Virus record (IMG/VR): IMGVR_UViG_3300028374_000002
Coordinates: 32,001-96,000 of that record
Origin: a virus
Lineage: Duplodnaviria; Caudoviricetes
Strand: one strand, 5' to 3'
Length of the DNA stretch: 64,000 nucleotides
Numbering within the stretch: the first letter of the stretch is position 1; the number at the start of each line of letters is the position of its first letter. Shown in pieces: positions 38,219-48,400 of this stretch. The notes beneath the pieces are model-generated. The model was not told where the DNA came from, did not search any database, and saw only the letters and a list, made by a program, of their open reading frames with translations. The translations under genes were made by a program, and so were the position numbers.

Positions 38219-39460
38219 ATGTTCATTAAGAAATATATAGAATTCATAAAAGAGGCAAATGAGGCGAATGTCAAATTAGACATACCGAAAAAATTCACAA
38301 GACAAGATATAGAGGAATTTTTCTTAGATTTTACTGATAATGAATGGGATATGTATATAAATAAAGATATTATAGAGACAGCTCTTCTAAGAGAAGAATA
38401 TCATATAAGAGACTTAATGATAGGATTAGATGAAGAATATTACCTAGTATATGATGTGGAGTTTAGTGCTAATTCAAACACATCAAGTGATAATGTTTCT
38501 TTAATATCTGCAATAGAGTTTATTACTAACTATACAAAGTCATTAACTGATTATGATGTAGTTATAAAGATAGACAACGGTATAGTTGATGTGGATGAGA
38601 TATTCATTAATGAAAATAATGAATTTATAGATAAAAGAACAGGATCTAATTTAGGAAATTATGGGATAATCACAATAGTTGATCACTTAATAGGGAGTAT
38701 AACAGCTAAGCAGCTCTTCCAACATTATGACTTTAAATATGATTATGAGAAAGATGGTAATGTATTTGTGGATATAGCATATACCGAACTTATAAAATAT
38801 GTGAATGATGAGGATTATGAGAATATTTTAAATAATGGATATACAGAATATGAAGATTATGGAGACTATGATATGAATTTACATGATTTGCTTTCTTTAT
38901 TAAACAAAGAAAATTTTTATTTGTTAATAGACATCTTTGTAAAAGAGCAAAATGGATGGGAATCATATTATGAAAATGAGTTTAAAGAACTAAATATAGA
39001 AGAAGGTATAGATTCTATTGATAAATTTAAAAGCTTCTTATATAATGAAAGATTCCATGATACATCAGATGAAGTATTTGATACTAGTGATGATACCATA
39101 ATATCTTTAAAACTTACTATTAGAGATTTGGAATTAAGAAGATTAGAATTTGATTATTTCAAGATAGTAGAAAATGCATTTGAAAAAAAGATTTTAGAAT
39201 CAATAGGTGGTGAAGTTATTACCAAAGAAAATAAAGAATCTAGTGATAAATTTTTTAGAGTACCATATAAGCAAGAATGGGTAGAGGGATCAGATTTTGA
39301 TGTTAATGATATGACACAGTGTGATATCGATGAAATTTTTGAGGAATATATGTCAAATTCTTGGTCATATGATTTAAAAATATCAGCACCAGAATCTTCA
39401 TCAATTAATAATGATGAACTAAACCAAGGTATTAATGAATTCTTGAAAGGTATTAGCTAA
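38219..39460 (+). CDS. Highly acidic protein (413 aa), CTS-like N-terminus
   Basis: MFIKKYIEFIKEANE; rich in Asp, Glu and Tyr. Confidence 0.85.
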   Translation: MFIKKYIEFIKEANEANVKLDIPKKFTRQDIEEFFLDFTDNEWDMYINKDIIETALLREEYHIRDLMIGLDEEYYLVYDVEFSANSNTSSDNVSLISAIEFITNYTKSLTDYDVVIKIDNGIVDVDEIFINENNEFIDKRTGSNLGNYGIITIVDHLIGSITAKQLFQHYDFKYDYEKDGNVFVDIAYTELIKYVNDEDYENILNNGYTEYEDYGDYDMNLHDLLSLLNKENFYLLIDIFVKEQNGWESYYENEFKELNIEEGIDSIDKFKSFLYNERFHDTSDEVFDTSDDTIISLKLTIRDLELRRLEFDYFKIVENAFEKKILESIGGEVITKENKESSDKFFRVPYKQEWVEGSDFDVNDMTQCDIDEIFEEYMSNSWSYDLKISAPESSSINNDELNQGINEFLKGIS

Positions 39461-40026
39461 TAATCAGATACATTTAAATACTCTTTAAGCTTTAAAATCA
39501 TATAGTCAGTTATCAAATCAGATGTATTTAGTGAATCTACGAATTTAGCATCAACCTTGACAGATTTACTCATAGACTCAGCCTTAGAACCATCACCACT
39601 AGCTAATCCTTCATCATAATCTCTCTCACTCAAAGGAATTATATAGCCATAATATTTATTAGTATGAGCTTTATTTATAAAGAGTGGTTTTAGTTCATCA
39701 AATAAGTAACCATCTTTTATTATTATACCAGCTTCTTCTTCTAATTCTCTTAACACTGCTTCTTCTTTAGACTCCCCCTCTTCTACACCACCACTAAGGA
39801 CTGTTATATGGTACTCCTGCCCTTCTCTATACTTATATGTCGGTATGTACTCATGGCGTATTAAAAATTGATTAGACTCTATGAAATAAGGTATACAGAC
39901 AACTAAATCCTTTTCTTCAATTATAGACCAACCTTCGTAATCAATTACTTTAATATATTCGTTATCAAAGAGAATATTATCTTTCTTTTCTTTAGGTTTC
40001 TTTTTTAAGCTAGAAAATTTGTCCAT
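39457..40026 (-). CDS. NUDIX hydrolase
   Basis: Nudix box GGVEEGESKEEAVLRELEEEAG. Confidence 0.92.
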   Translation of the reverse strand: MDKFSSLKKKPKEKKDNILFDNEYIKVIDYEGWSIIEEKDLVVCIPYFIESNQFLIRHEYIPTYKYREGQEYHITVLSGGVEEGESKEEAVLRELEEEAGIIIKDGYLFDELKPLFINKAHTNKYYGYIIPLSERDYDEGLASGDGSKAESMSKSVKVDAKFVDSLNTSDLITDYMILKLKEYLNVSDY

Positions 40027-40070
40027 TATTAGATATTAATTTTACTTATATATTAAAAACAATACATTGC

Positions 40071-40649
40071 TTAACACTCAAAAGGAGGATCTCTGAACAA
40101 ATGGATGTAATCAACACCAAAAATATGCCCTAAATCTTGATGGTTTTTTAAACCACCCATCCTTATTTTTTCATTTATTATATTGAGTGGGTTGTCTAGA
40201 ACATAACCACATATCTCACCATTTTCACAACCTATTTGCTTATCATCTCTCGTAAAAATATCAATTAATAATATCTCTTCCTTGTCCCTTATTCTACCTA
40301 TTAATTTAGATATAAATCCCCTAACAACCTTTTGCTTATGTGGTATTTCAATATATCCTAGTCTATTTACCTCTATATCATTGTCATAGCAATCTCTTAG
40401 AACAAAGGTTTTATATTTATGCGAACAACTTTTTTTAATGATTATATCATAATCATTTGGAAGTCTGTCTATAACTCCGTAAATATATAAGCAAGCTGAT
40501 CCAGTTATTATATAATCTTCTATTTCTTCATCGATAGAATTATATTTATCCTTAAGAATATTAAATCTATCCAAGGAAGGCTTTAAAATAGTTTTGTCAT
40601 TAATTATAGATATTTTATAATTCCTGAAGCACTCTTTAATATTACTCAT
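40071..40649 (-). CDS. Nucleotidyltransferase-fold protein
   Basis: YIITGSACLYIYGVIDRLPNDYDIII (GS...DxD) and a later IDIF strand. Confidence 0.6.
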   Translation of the reverse strand: MSNIKECFRNYKISIINDKTILKPSLDRFNILKDKYNSIDEEIEDYIITGSACLYIYGVIDRLPNDYDIIIKKSCSHKYKTFVLRDCYDNDIEVNRLGYIEIPHKQKVVRGFISKLIGRIRDKEEILLIDIFTRDDKQIGCENGEICGYVLDNPLNIINEKIRMGGLKNHQDLGHIFGVDYIHLFRDPPFEC

Positions 40650-40730
40650 AATTTTATTTTTAATATGTGTTATCTAGGTATTTTCTAAACTAATTAGTAT
40701 ATCAACTCTGTTAAATGAACTACACAAACA

Positions 40731-41672
40731 TCATTCATTTTTTTTTAAATCTTCTATCTCTTTTAATAACTTCTTAATTTTATCATCAGAATCTATGTTA
40801 ATATTTTTATTAGATTCTTTGCTTTTTAGTTCACTAGCGTTAGTACTAAATAAATCCCCTTTAAAGTTAATAGTCCCATCCTGTGATAAAGTTGATATGT
40901 ATTCAAAATGAACTTGATAGTATTGATTTAGATTAACACCATTCAGTAGTTCGTGTCTATAACCATCAAAAAATGACCACAATTCTCTGCTTATATCAAC
41001 CATTCTATAATTACTAATAACTCTAGCTACTATATATTTATTGCTTCCGAACGTTTTAATCTTTAAAACCTCTCCCTCTTTATATTTTACTTTTGAGGTA
41101 AATGCAGTCTTTCTTTCTGTCTGTATTAACTTTTCTACTGTGTATATTTTAGCGTTCAGATGCTCTGGTATAAATAAGCCATTATTTACAGGTTGTATTA
41201 TTTCTTTATTACTATTTATTAAGTTTAAATACTTACCATCCATAAGTTCGTCATAACCAGGAACTCTATTGTATTTAGTACCTTTTCTATTATCAAATTT
41301 GAAATGCCTTAACAAGATATTACATAGGTGGTTAAATGTCTGTGGGGCTACCTCTGGTAACTTTGACAACCCAGTACCATAGCCACCACTAGAAAATACG
41401 ATTGTGTTTCCCTCTAGTGCAAGTTTTTTTAATCTTAATACATCATCATCAATTTTTTGAGTATTAGATTTTAAATCTTTATCATTATAGAAAGATAGTG
41501 GCTTATTATTAGGTCCTATTTTAGTTCTGATTCCAAAGGTATTATCCAGACCTCTTATTACAGCTTGTCCACCTTTCCCAACCCTAGCGTTATTATCACC
41601 AAATACAAAAATATCACGACTACCAAGTACATCCTTCCTCTGCCAATTCCCCTCAAATATTTTTATCTTCAT
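40731..41672 (-). CDS. Protein with N-terminal FVFGDN-x3-G-x-GGQA domain (possible nucleotide/ADP-ribose-binding fold)
   Basis: IFVFGDNNARVGKGGQAVIRGLDNTFGIRTK...GYGTGLSKLPEVAP; function is inferred only. Confidence 0.5.
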   Translation of the reverse strand: MKIKIFEGNWQRKDVLGSRDIFVFGDNNARVGKGGQAVIRGLDNTFGIRTKIGPNNKPLSFYNDKDLKSNTQKIDDDVLRLKKLALEGNTIVFSSGGYGTGLSKLPEVAPQTFNHLCNILLRHFKFDNRKGTKYNRVPGYDELMDGKYLNLINSNKEIIQPVNNGLFIPEHLNAKIYTVEKLIQTERKTAFTSKVKYKEGEVLKIKTFGSNKYIVARVISNYRMVDISRELWSFFDGYRHELLNGVNLNQYYQVHFEYISTLSQDGTINFKGDLFSTNASELKSKESNKNINIDSDDKIKKLLKEIEDLKKNE

Positions 41673-42019
41673 TATTTAATTTTTTGTTTTGGTAAATTTG
41701 AAAATGTTGGTCTTTTTACACCAACCTCACCTTTGAATATAATATCCATTTTTCGGTGACGTTCCATTGATAAAGACTTAAAAGAATTTAAATCTATTTG
41801 TATTGCATTAATGTTATATTCCTTAATTAAAGCTTTTTCATGCTTGCCATACTCTACATAATTAAATTCTTCTAAATAGGTAAGTTCATCATAGTAATCA
41901 TCATTATAAAAGAATCTATAAAATGCATCATCATCACAATCTAAATTATTGTAATACACCTCATCTGATAAACAAGATTGGTGTCTTTTCTCATCCGAAA
42001 CTTTATATACATAACACAT
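41672..42019 (-). CDS. Acidic hypothetical protein (115 aa)
   Basis: Coupled to the next gene; contains RHRKMDIIF. Confidence 0.65.
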   Translation of the reverse strand: MCYVYKVSDEKRHQSCLSDEVYYNNLDCDDDAFYRFFYNDDYYDELTYLEEFNYVEYGKHEKALIKEYNINAIQIDLNSFKSLSMERHRKMDIIFKGEVGVKRPTFSNLPKQKIK

Positions 42020-42035
42020 AATCTATCTATTAAAT

Positions 42036-42305
42036 TCATCCGACTATCTCTTTTATTTTACATTCTCTGGTTATTCCTTTATTATAGTTAAATATAACCT
42101 TAATGTTTATTACATCACCATTTGATGTAATAACAAGGCTATATTCTATATCTTTTAATTTATTAGGTAGATAAGACATTACAAACAATCTAGCATCATC
42201 CATATTCATTAAATTATTAGTATTGTATCTAATAATATTCTGACTGAATAATATGTGATTGTTTGAATCTTTACACTTCTCTATATACATTTCTATATTA
42301 ACCAT
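42036..42305 (-). CDS. Small hypothetical protein (89 aa)
   Basis: C-terminal RECKIKEIVG motif. Confidence 0.65.
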   Translation of the reverse strand: MVNIEMYIEKCKDSNNHILFSQNIIRYNTNNLMNMDDARLFVMSYLPNKLKDIEYSLVITSNGDVINIKVIFNYNKGITRECKIKEIVG

Positions 42306-42364
42306 ATTAATTTTTATCAGTTTTAAATTGAAATTTAGTTATTATGTTTTATTTTTTTGATAAG

Positions 42365-42395
42365 CAAATATAGTGTATTTATAATACACTAGCAA
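42365..42395 (-). promoter_or_regulatory. Bacteroidota promoter with a palindrome in the spacer
   Basis: TTG-N20-TATATTTG; TAGTGTATT-TAT-AATACACTA inverted repeat at 42371-42391. Confidence 0.55.
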
Positions 42396-42396
42396 T

Positions 42397-42436
42397 AATT
42401 TAACCCCATATTTCTTTATAGATATGGGGTTAAATT
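42397..42436. terminator. Terminator-like hairpin after 42468-42926
   Basis: 15-bp perfect stem AATTTAACCCCATAT/ATATGGGGTTAAATT. Confidence 0.75.
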
Positions 42437-42467
42437 ATTATGATAAGAGAACTTAATTAATTAAATT

Positions 42468-42926
42468 TTATTTAATGTTATTACCATCAGATTGTACCTT
42501 TTTCATTTGTTTTTGATTCAATCCTTTTAATGAAGTTAACTGATTATTTCTACAATCGAAATTACGAGCGTGTGAAGGAGATCCTACCAAAGTCTCTAAT
42601 TTATTATATGAACAATCAAAATCACGAACATGTGAAGGGGATCCTTTCAAATTTTTCAATTTATTTTTACTACAGTCAAAGTCCTTTACAACCTCTTTAG
42701 GAGACCCAACTAATGACTCTAATTTATTGTCTTGACAATAGAAACTCCCACCGACCATTGAAAAGGTGATTGGTAATTTGGCTAAATTTTTATTAGCTAA
42801 ATTAACATCGCCTTTTACATCGATACTACCATTGCTATTTACTGTGTAATTCTTTATGCCAAATTTTTCACATAGTGTGTCTATATCACTTTCTACGCTT
42901 TCATTAAATGTTTTCAAATGCTTCAT
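42468..42926 (-). CDS. Orphan LRR-like paralogue of the array family (no C-terminal cap)
   Basis: MKHLKTFNES; FGIKNYTVNSNGSIDVKGDVNL; LESLVGSPKEVVKDFDCSKNK repeats. Confidence 0.9.
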   Translation of the reverse strand: MKHLKTFNESVESDIDTLCEKFGIKNYTVNSNGSIDVKGDVNLANKNLAKLPITFSMVGGSFYCQDNKLESLVGSPKEVVKDFDCSKNKLKNLKGSPSHVRDFDCSYNKLETLVGSPSHARNFDCRNNQLTSLKGLNQKQMKKVQSDGNNIK

Positions 42927-42972
42927 AACTTTTTTTATAGTTATATATAAAAGTTTTTATATGATAAATATA

Positions 42973-43575
42973 TTAATTTTTATAATTTTCTATAATTACC
43001 CTATTATTCATTATTTCTCTTATTTCAACATATGATTTTGGTGTATAGTTAATAACATTACAGCCTACATCTTCAATTTTTCTTCTATATAGAATATCTT
43101 TCTGTGTAGCATATAAAGACCCATGTGTATGTCCGTGTAGCATCCAAGACCCTACATGGCATTTGTTCCATACTATAATAGGATAATGCGATAATACAAT
43201 CATTTGAAAGCCACCATTTCTTTCAGTATCTACAATACTTTCATCCTTTACATAAATCTCAGTACCATAACTTATTATATCTTCAAATCTATTAGTTTTT
43301 AAGATGTTTTTATAACTATCGTGGTTTCCTAGTATAAAATAAATAGTACCATTTAAGGAATCTGCTATTTCTTTTCTTATAGCTGTGCCACTAAAGCTAA
43401 AATCACCTAAAAAGTATACTATATCACCATCTTTTACCACTGAGTTCCAGTTATTTATTAAACATTCATTCATATCATCAATGTTTGGAAATGGTCTCTT
43501 GTCAAAATCTAATATTTTTTTGTGACAAAAATGTAAATCACTTATAAAAAATATATTTTGTTTAAAATGTTTCAT
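42973..43575 (-). CDS. Calcineurin-like metallophosphoesterase
   Basis: ISDLHF, LGDFSF, LGNHD, HYP, LHGHTH. Confidence 0.93.
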   Translation of the reverse strand: MKHFKQNIFFISDLHFCHKKILDFDKRPFPNIDDMNECLINNWNSVVKDGDIVYFLGDFSFSGTAIRKEIADSLNGTIYFILGNHDSYKNILKTNRFEDIISYGTEIYVKDESIVDTERNGGFQMIVLSHYPIIVWNKCHVGSWMLHGHTHGSLYATQKDILYRRKIEDVGCNVINYTPKSYVEIREIMNNRVIIENYKN

Positions 43576-43591
43576 CTATTTAGTTTTTGTA

Positions 43592-43599
43592 CAAATATA
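43592..43599 (-). promoter_or_regulatory. Bacteroidota -7 box (TATATTTG)
   Basis: Exact match 16 nt upstream of 43575. Confidence 0.55.
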
Positions 43600-43629
43600 G
43601 GGTAAATGGTTCAATATAATATATAATCT

Positions 43630-43923
43630 ATGAAAAAATTTACAAAAGTATTAGAAGGTAAGGAGTTGGGTTATACAGATTTCTTTGGTAATAAAGTGAG
43701 TCCAGAAAAAGATTTTATCAAAATGTTAAAATCTGGCATTACCCATATTATGATGGAAGAAGGAGAGATTTCAGAAAAAGCTTTTAAAGAAATTGATGAA
43801 GTTATAGAACAAGTAGATAAATTGATTACTAAAGAATTAGTACAAGAGGCTATGGATATGCATAGACAAGATAAAAGAATTAAATTAATTTGTGAGTTTA
43901 TATATGATAAATATATAAACTAA
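43630..43923 (+). CDS. Small hypothetical protein (97 aa)
   Basis: MKKFTKVLE; TAATATATA 4 nt upstream. Confidence 0.75.
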   Translation: MKKFTKVLEGKELGYTDFFGNKVSPEKDFIKMLKSGITHIMMEEGEISEKAFKEIDEVIEQVDKLITKELVQEAMDMHRQDKRIKLICEFIYDKYIN

Positions 43924-43960
43924 TTAATATTTTAGTATATAATAGTAAAATAATAGTAAA

Positions 43961-44212
43961 ATGAGCAAAATTCCTACATCAACCAATCTTATATCATCTA
44001 ATCTTATATCATCTAATCTTACAAACAATACGAGTTTAGTATTTAGTGATAATAATACTTTCACTAATTGTGTCACTGCTACTTCAATAACCCTCAAAGA
44101 TGAAAAAGATGGAAGTGAATGGTGTATAAAGATATATGATGGTGAACTAATAATAGAGCCTGTTGATAAGGTTGCTAAGCGAAACTATAATATTAAGAGA
44201 GTTTTGAAATAG
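43961..44212 (+). CDS. Small hypothetical protein (83 aa)
   Basis: Low-complexity SSNLI repeat at the N-terminus; C-terminal RNYNIKRVLK motif. Confidence 0.65.
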   Translation: MSKIPTSTNLISSNLISSNLTNNTSLVFSDNNTFTNCVTATSITLKDEKDGSEWCIKIYDGELIIEPVDKVAKRNYNIKRVLK

Positions 44213-44485
44213 TTATTTTTTAATTATTCTTATTATTAGATTACCATTACCCTTTATTATCCTATGGTAGGTCTCTTTAGGTATAAATGTATTTTCTGTT
44301 ATGCTTTTAGGTAATTCGTTATCCAATTGTATTTTCCAATTACACTCATTTATACATGTAATATATCTATCCTCTTCATCACGATGCCAAACCATTTCAT
44401 TAGATGGAATAGCTTGTGAAAACTCTCTTATGAAAGTGTTTTTACTTATCTTATTTTCTGTATAAGGATTCTCCATATTCACCAA
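44213..44485 (-). CDS. Small cupin-like protein
   Basis: EMVWHRDEEDR ... FIPKETYHRIIKG resembles the two His-containing cupin motifs. Confidence 0.55.
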   Translation of the reverse strand: MVNMENPYTENKISKNTFIREFSQAIPSNEMVWHRDEEDRYITCINECNWKIQLDNELPKSITENTFIPKETYHRIIKGNGNLIIRIIKK

Positions 44486-45072
44486 TAGCTATTTGATTGA
44501 CCACTAATACCTAAAGAATCTGCATATCTTGGCAACCTACATGACCAATATCCAGCAGTTGTCTTATCTTTTTTATTCTTACAGTCATGCCTAGCCGCAA
44601 AGTTTTTACTAGCTTCTTTATCATCTAATTTAACACTAAGTCCACCTTTTTTATCACCAAAGTTTATCTTTATTATATTCCCAGTATCTGGATTTTTAAC
44701 ATATACTTTATATTTCTTTGGACCACTTGACCGAGTTGGTTTGTTTATTTCTACTTTTTTACCACCTTTATATTCGTGTTTCTTCTCTTCTATTATGTAC
44801 TCATCTGATTCAGAAGGTATATCTAATGGTACTTTTATACCTTTATAAATCCCATATCTGCCTATATCAGTATTTTCATAGAGTTCCATATCTAAATCAA
44901 CCAATTCTATAACACCATCTTCGTATAGATTTCTAACTTCTTCTAGAAGTATGTAAAATGACTCAGAACCAGTTCTAAATATATTATTTGTAAAACTTAT
45001 ACTATTATCAATGTGATATTTTATATTTTCTGATACTAATCTATAATCACTAAATTTTTTAATTATCCCCAT
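44479..45072 (-). CDS. Phage protein with basic C-terminal FAARHxC...YWSC domain, CTS-like N-terminus
   Basis: MGIIKKFSDYRLVSE; KKYKVYVKNP...INFG...FAARHDC...AGYWSCR. Confidence 0.75.
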   Translation of the reverse strand: MGIIKKFSDYRLVSENIKYHIDNSISFTNNIFRTGSESFYILLEEVRNLYEDGVIELVDLDMELYENTDIGRYGIYKGIKVPLDIPSESDEYIIEEKKHEYKGGKKVEINKPTRSSGPKKYKVYVKNPDTGNIIKINFGDKKGGLSVKLDDKEASKNFAARHDCKNKKDKTTAGYWSCRLPRYADSLGISGQSNSYW

Positions 45073-45430
45073 GTTTGTTTATTATTTTATCAAAAACCAT
45101 TTGACATTTTTCATATTCTTCGTTTAATTCCAATGTTTTCAAATATACCATTAATTCCCTTTTATCAGATAACATATACCTTATTAAGAACTTTATTTCC
45201 ATTATCTGGTCTATATCTTCGGATTTAGTAAATATTATAGAATTGACTATATCTTGGTCTATATCTTTCATGTTATTATAAGAGTTCCAATCATTTATTC
45301 CTTTATCTTTTATTAATTTAAGTATTTCTTTAGATATTAGTTTAGACCTAACACATCTTTTATATTTTTTACTAAACACTCTCCGTAGAAAACTATCATT
45401 TAAATATTTGATGTATCTCCTAATATTCAT
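45059..45430 (-). CDS. Hypothetical protein (123 aa)
   Basis: Start moved to MNIRRYIK (45430), 4 nt after TAATATATA. Confidence 0.7.
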   Translation of the reverse strand: MNIRRYIKYLNDSFLRRVFSKKYKRCVRSKLISKEILKLIKDKGINDWNSYNNMKDIDQDIVNSIIFTKSEDIDQIMEIKFLIRYMLSDKRELMVYLKTLELNEEYEKCQMVFDKIINKHGDN

Positions 45431-45499
45431 ACTATATATATTAAAACACACTAGCAAGAAAGACTAAAATTAATATATAAATCAAATATAATATCTTGA

Positions 45500-48400
45500 A
45501 TGTCTAATCACGAAAATCTAATTTGGTTTAATAAAGAAGGAGATTTCCTTAATTTCAATTATAATGAATCAGTTAATAGATTCGAGGGAGATATACTCTT
45601 CCATGAGAGCTCTACTGATATATATAAAACATACGGACTTTATATGTTTGAAGACGTACCATCATTTGACTTTGAAAGACCTAATGAATTAACTACAAGA
45701 AAGTTTCAGTTGTTTAATGAGAGGGGAATACACTTTTATGGCACTGACTTAAAAAGCCAAGACATAACTAAAATAGAACCAGTAAACAACGATGTCGGAT
45801 TTTATTCTAAATGGATATATGGTGATGATTTCCAAGCTAAGTTTCCAATTGGAACTATTGTATCATTCGATAATCCTTTCTTGGAGTTCAATAACCCTAA
45901 TAAGACCTACGTAGTTTCTGGTAATAAAAGCAATGCTATACTTATACTATCACAAGTAGATAATAAAAGCTTTGAAATAGATTATCAACAACTCTATGAA
46001 AATGAAAACTCTTATATAAACCAAAAATTATCTGGTGTCAATTGTATTGGTGTTTATGATTATATAGATATAGAAACTTATAAAGAAAAGTTATCAGATT
46101 GGAGCGAACCAGAATTTTATGATAAATATTTTATAGGCAAAAAATTGAATATAATAAATTCTAAATTAAACGACAAAGTAGTTACTGTTGATAACACAAA
46201 ACTTATTGACTTAATCCACTATGAATATTTATTACATAAGGATGAATTACCAGATGATAAAGACTTTATTATTGAGGTGATATCAAAAACCGATTTACCA
46301 AGGATATATAATGGGGGAATAGTTATAGATAGTGATAGTAGGATAAACATAGATCCAAACTTTTATCCAGCTATCATAAAACCTGGTACTGAGTTCAAAA
46401 TAGAGGGAAGTATAAACAGTGATGTGTTTTTAAGAGTATCTGATTTGAGAAATTGGGATGGGATATTAACAACAACCGATTTTATAGTGGGTGACCAAGT
46501 TACATTCAACAACAGAATATTTCAGTGTAAAGAGAATTATGTACAATCTTTTTCAAATATTGAAACATCATCAATCACACCTAGTAATAGCGAAAAATGG
46601 GGTAGACCCGATTATATAAAAATAGAACAAATATTACAACCAGATAATATATCATTAGGTCAGTTATACCTTACTACAGATAGATTTTATTTCACTTATA
46701 GTTGGGATACTAACAAAGAAATAACACTAGCATCTGCAATAGAAAAATATAAAGATGATTTAAATTTATTTAACATAGACCTATATTATGAGAATAATCA
46801 GGTTAATGCTGATTTGGTTTATCCAAGCCAGTATGCTAATGTCAATTTTTATCACACTGAGGCTATAAATACCAATAAAATTGGAGGATTTTTTAAAGCC
46901 ATAGAAAGACTAGTTGGTGTTGGAGAAGATTTAGATTACGAACTTAATTATAATAATTCAGAACTTTTTGATTTTAAAATAGTTTTTACAGACATAGATG
47001 AATTTGGTATAAAGGTAAATATAAATGGTATGATATATGAAGAAGAAGTTAGCTTTATATTTTCGGGAAACTCTATTGATGTAGAAAGAACAATAGATAG
47101 AACACTTAGAAACTGGTTGAGTAGAAATTATATCGAATTATTTAAACTAGGTATAGATATTCAACTTAGATTTTCTGGAAACACTACTTCTCTTTTCTAT
47201 AATTCAATCAGAGTATTATCACAATATCCAAATGTACCTGTTAGCGTGGATGATGTATTAGTTGGGACAACTGCTAATTATTATATAGAACATTCAAGAG
47301 TATTATTTAGAGACTTGGGTGGGTATCTAGATATAAGAATAAATGGTATATCATATGGTGTACAAACTATTTATAATAGTAGTACTAACACACCAGATGT
47401 GATATCAACAATAAGCAAATGGGTTAGAGAACACAATAATAGATTGAATGATTTTGGTATAATTGTCAAAAACATAAATCAACTTTTGATATTTGATATA
47501 AAAGACCTAAAGAGAAGATTAGACTATACTATAACAACTGGTAAGGTTAATATACCTGGGTTAAAAGACTTTGAGATAAATAACTTAATAAAGGGCAATG
47601 AGGGTGTTATAATATCATCAAATGAAATCCTATTACCAAGAGATAGAGATGAGAGTTTAGAAGATTTTGAAGAATATGGATTTGCAACTGGTATGGCTTT
47701 GAGTATAAACAATACTATATATTCTTTAGTTAATCAAGAATATACTATCCAATACCTAGACCCACTCATAATGAATATAAGTTATGAAGGCCCATTTTGG
47801 GGACTTACATCTAGTATTTGTAATTCATCTGCATTTGTAACATTGGCATTTGATAATGGTTATGGTTTAACTGGATGTGGTGAACCGTTATCCCCAGATA
47901 GAACAATTACAAGTCCGTTTAATACTGAATTTAGAAACTTAGAGCCAGATAATAATTTAAATCTAGATAAAAGTAATAGTCAGTTTAAGATTGATTTTAA
48001 TGCTAATGACTATGAAGTTATCGAATTTGATTTAAATAGATTTTCTGGTGCTGATAATATGGTTGATATAATCTATATACAGAACTCTAACTCTATATAC
48101 ACACTAGCAGACTCTCTTATAGTTCACAATGCATCAACATCAAATATTGTTACAATAATTGACCTAATAAATAACATCGGAAGTATAAAACTTAAATATA
48201 ATAATATTAATAATTATTTGTATGCACTAACTATTAATAGCATGTATATTATAAATCCCTTAACAAATATGGTAATTGGGATTGTAGAATTTCAAAATAA
48301 TGGAGAAGCTTTTGATATAGACTTTAATCCATTGAATGGTGATGTTTATGTAACATTTTCTAATCTACCAGAAATATCAATATGGGGGAGTATAAACTTA

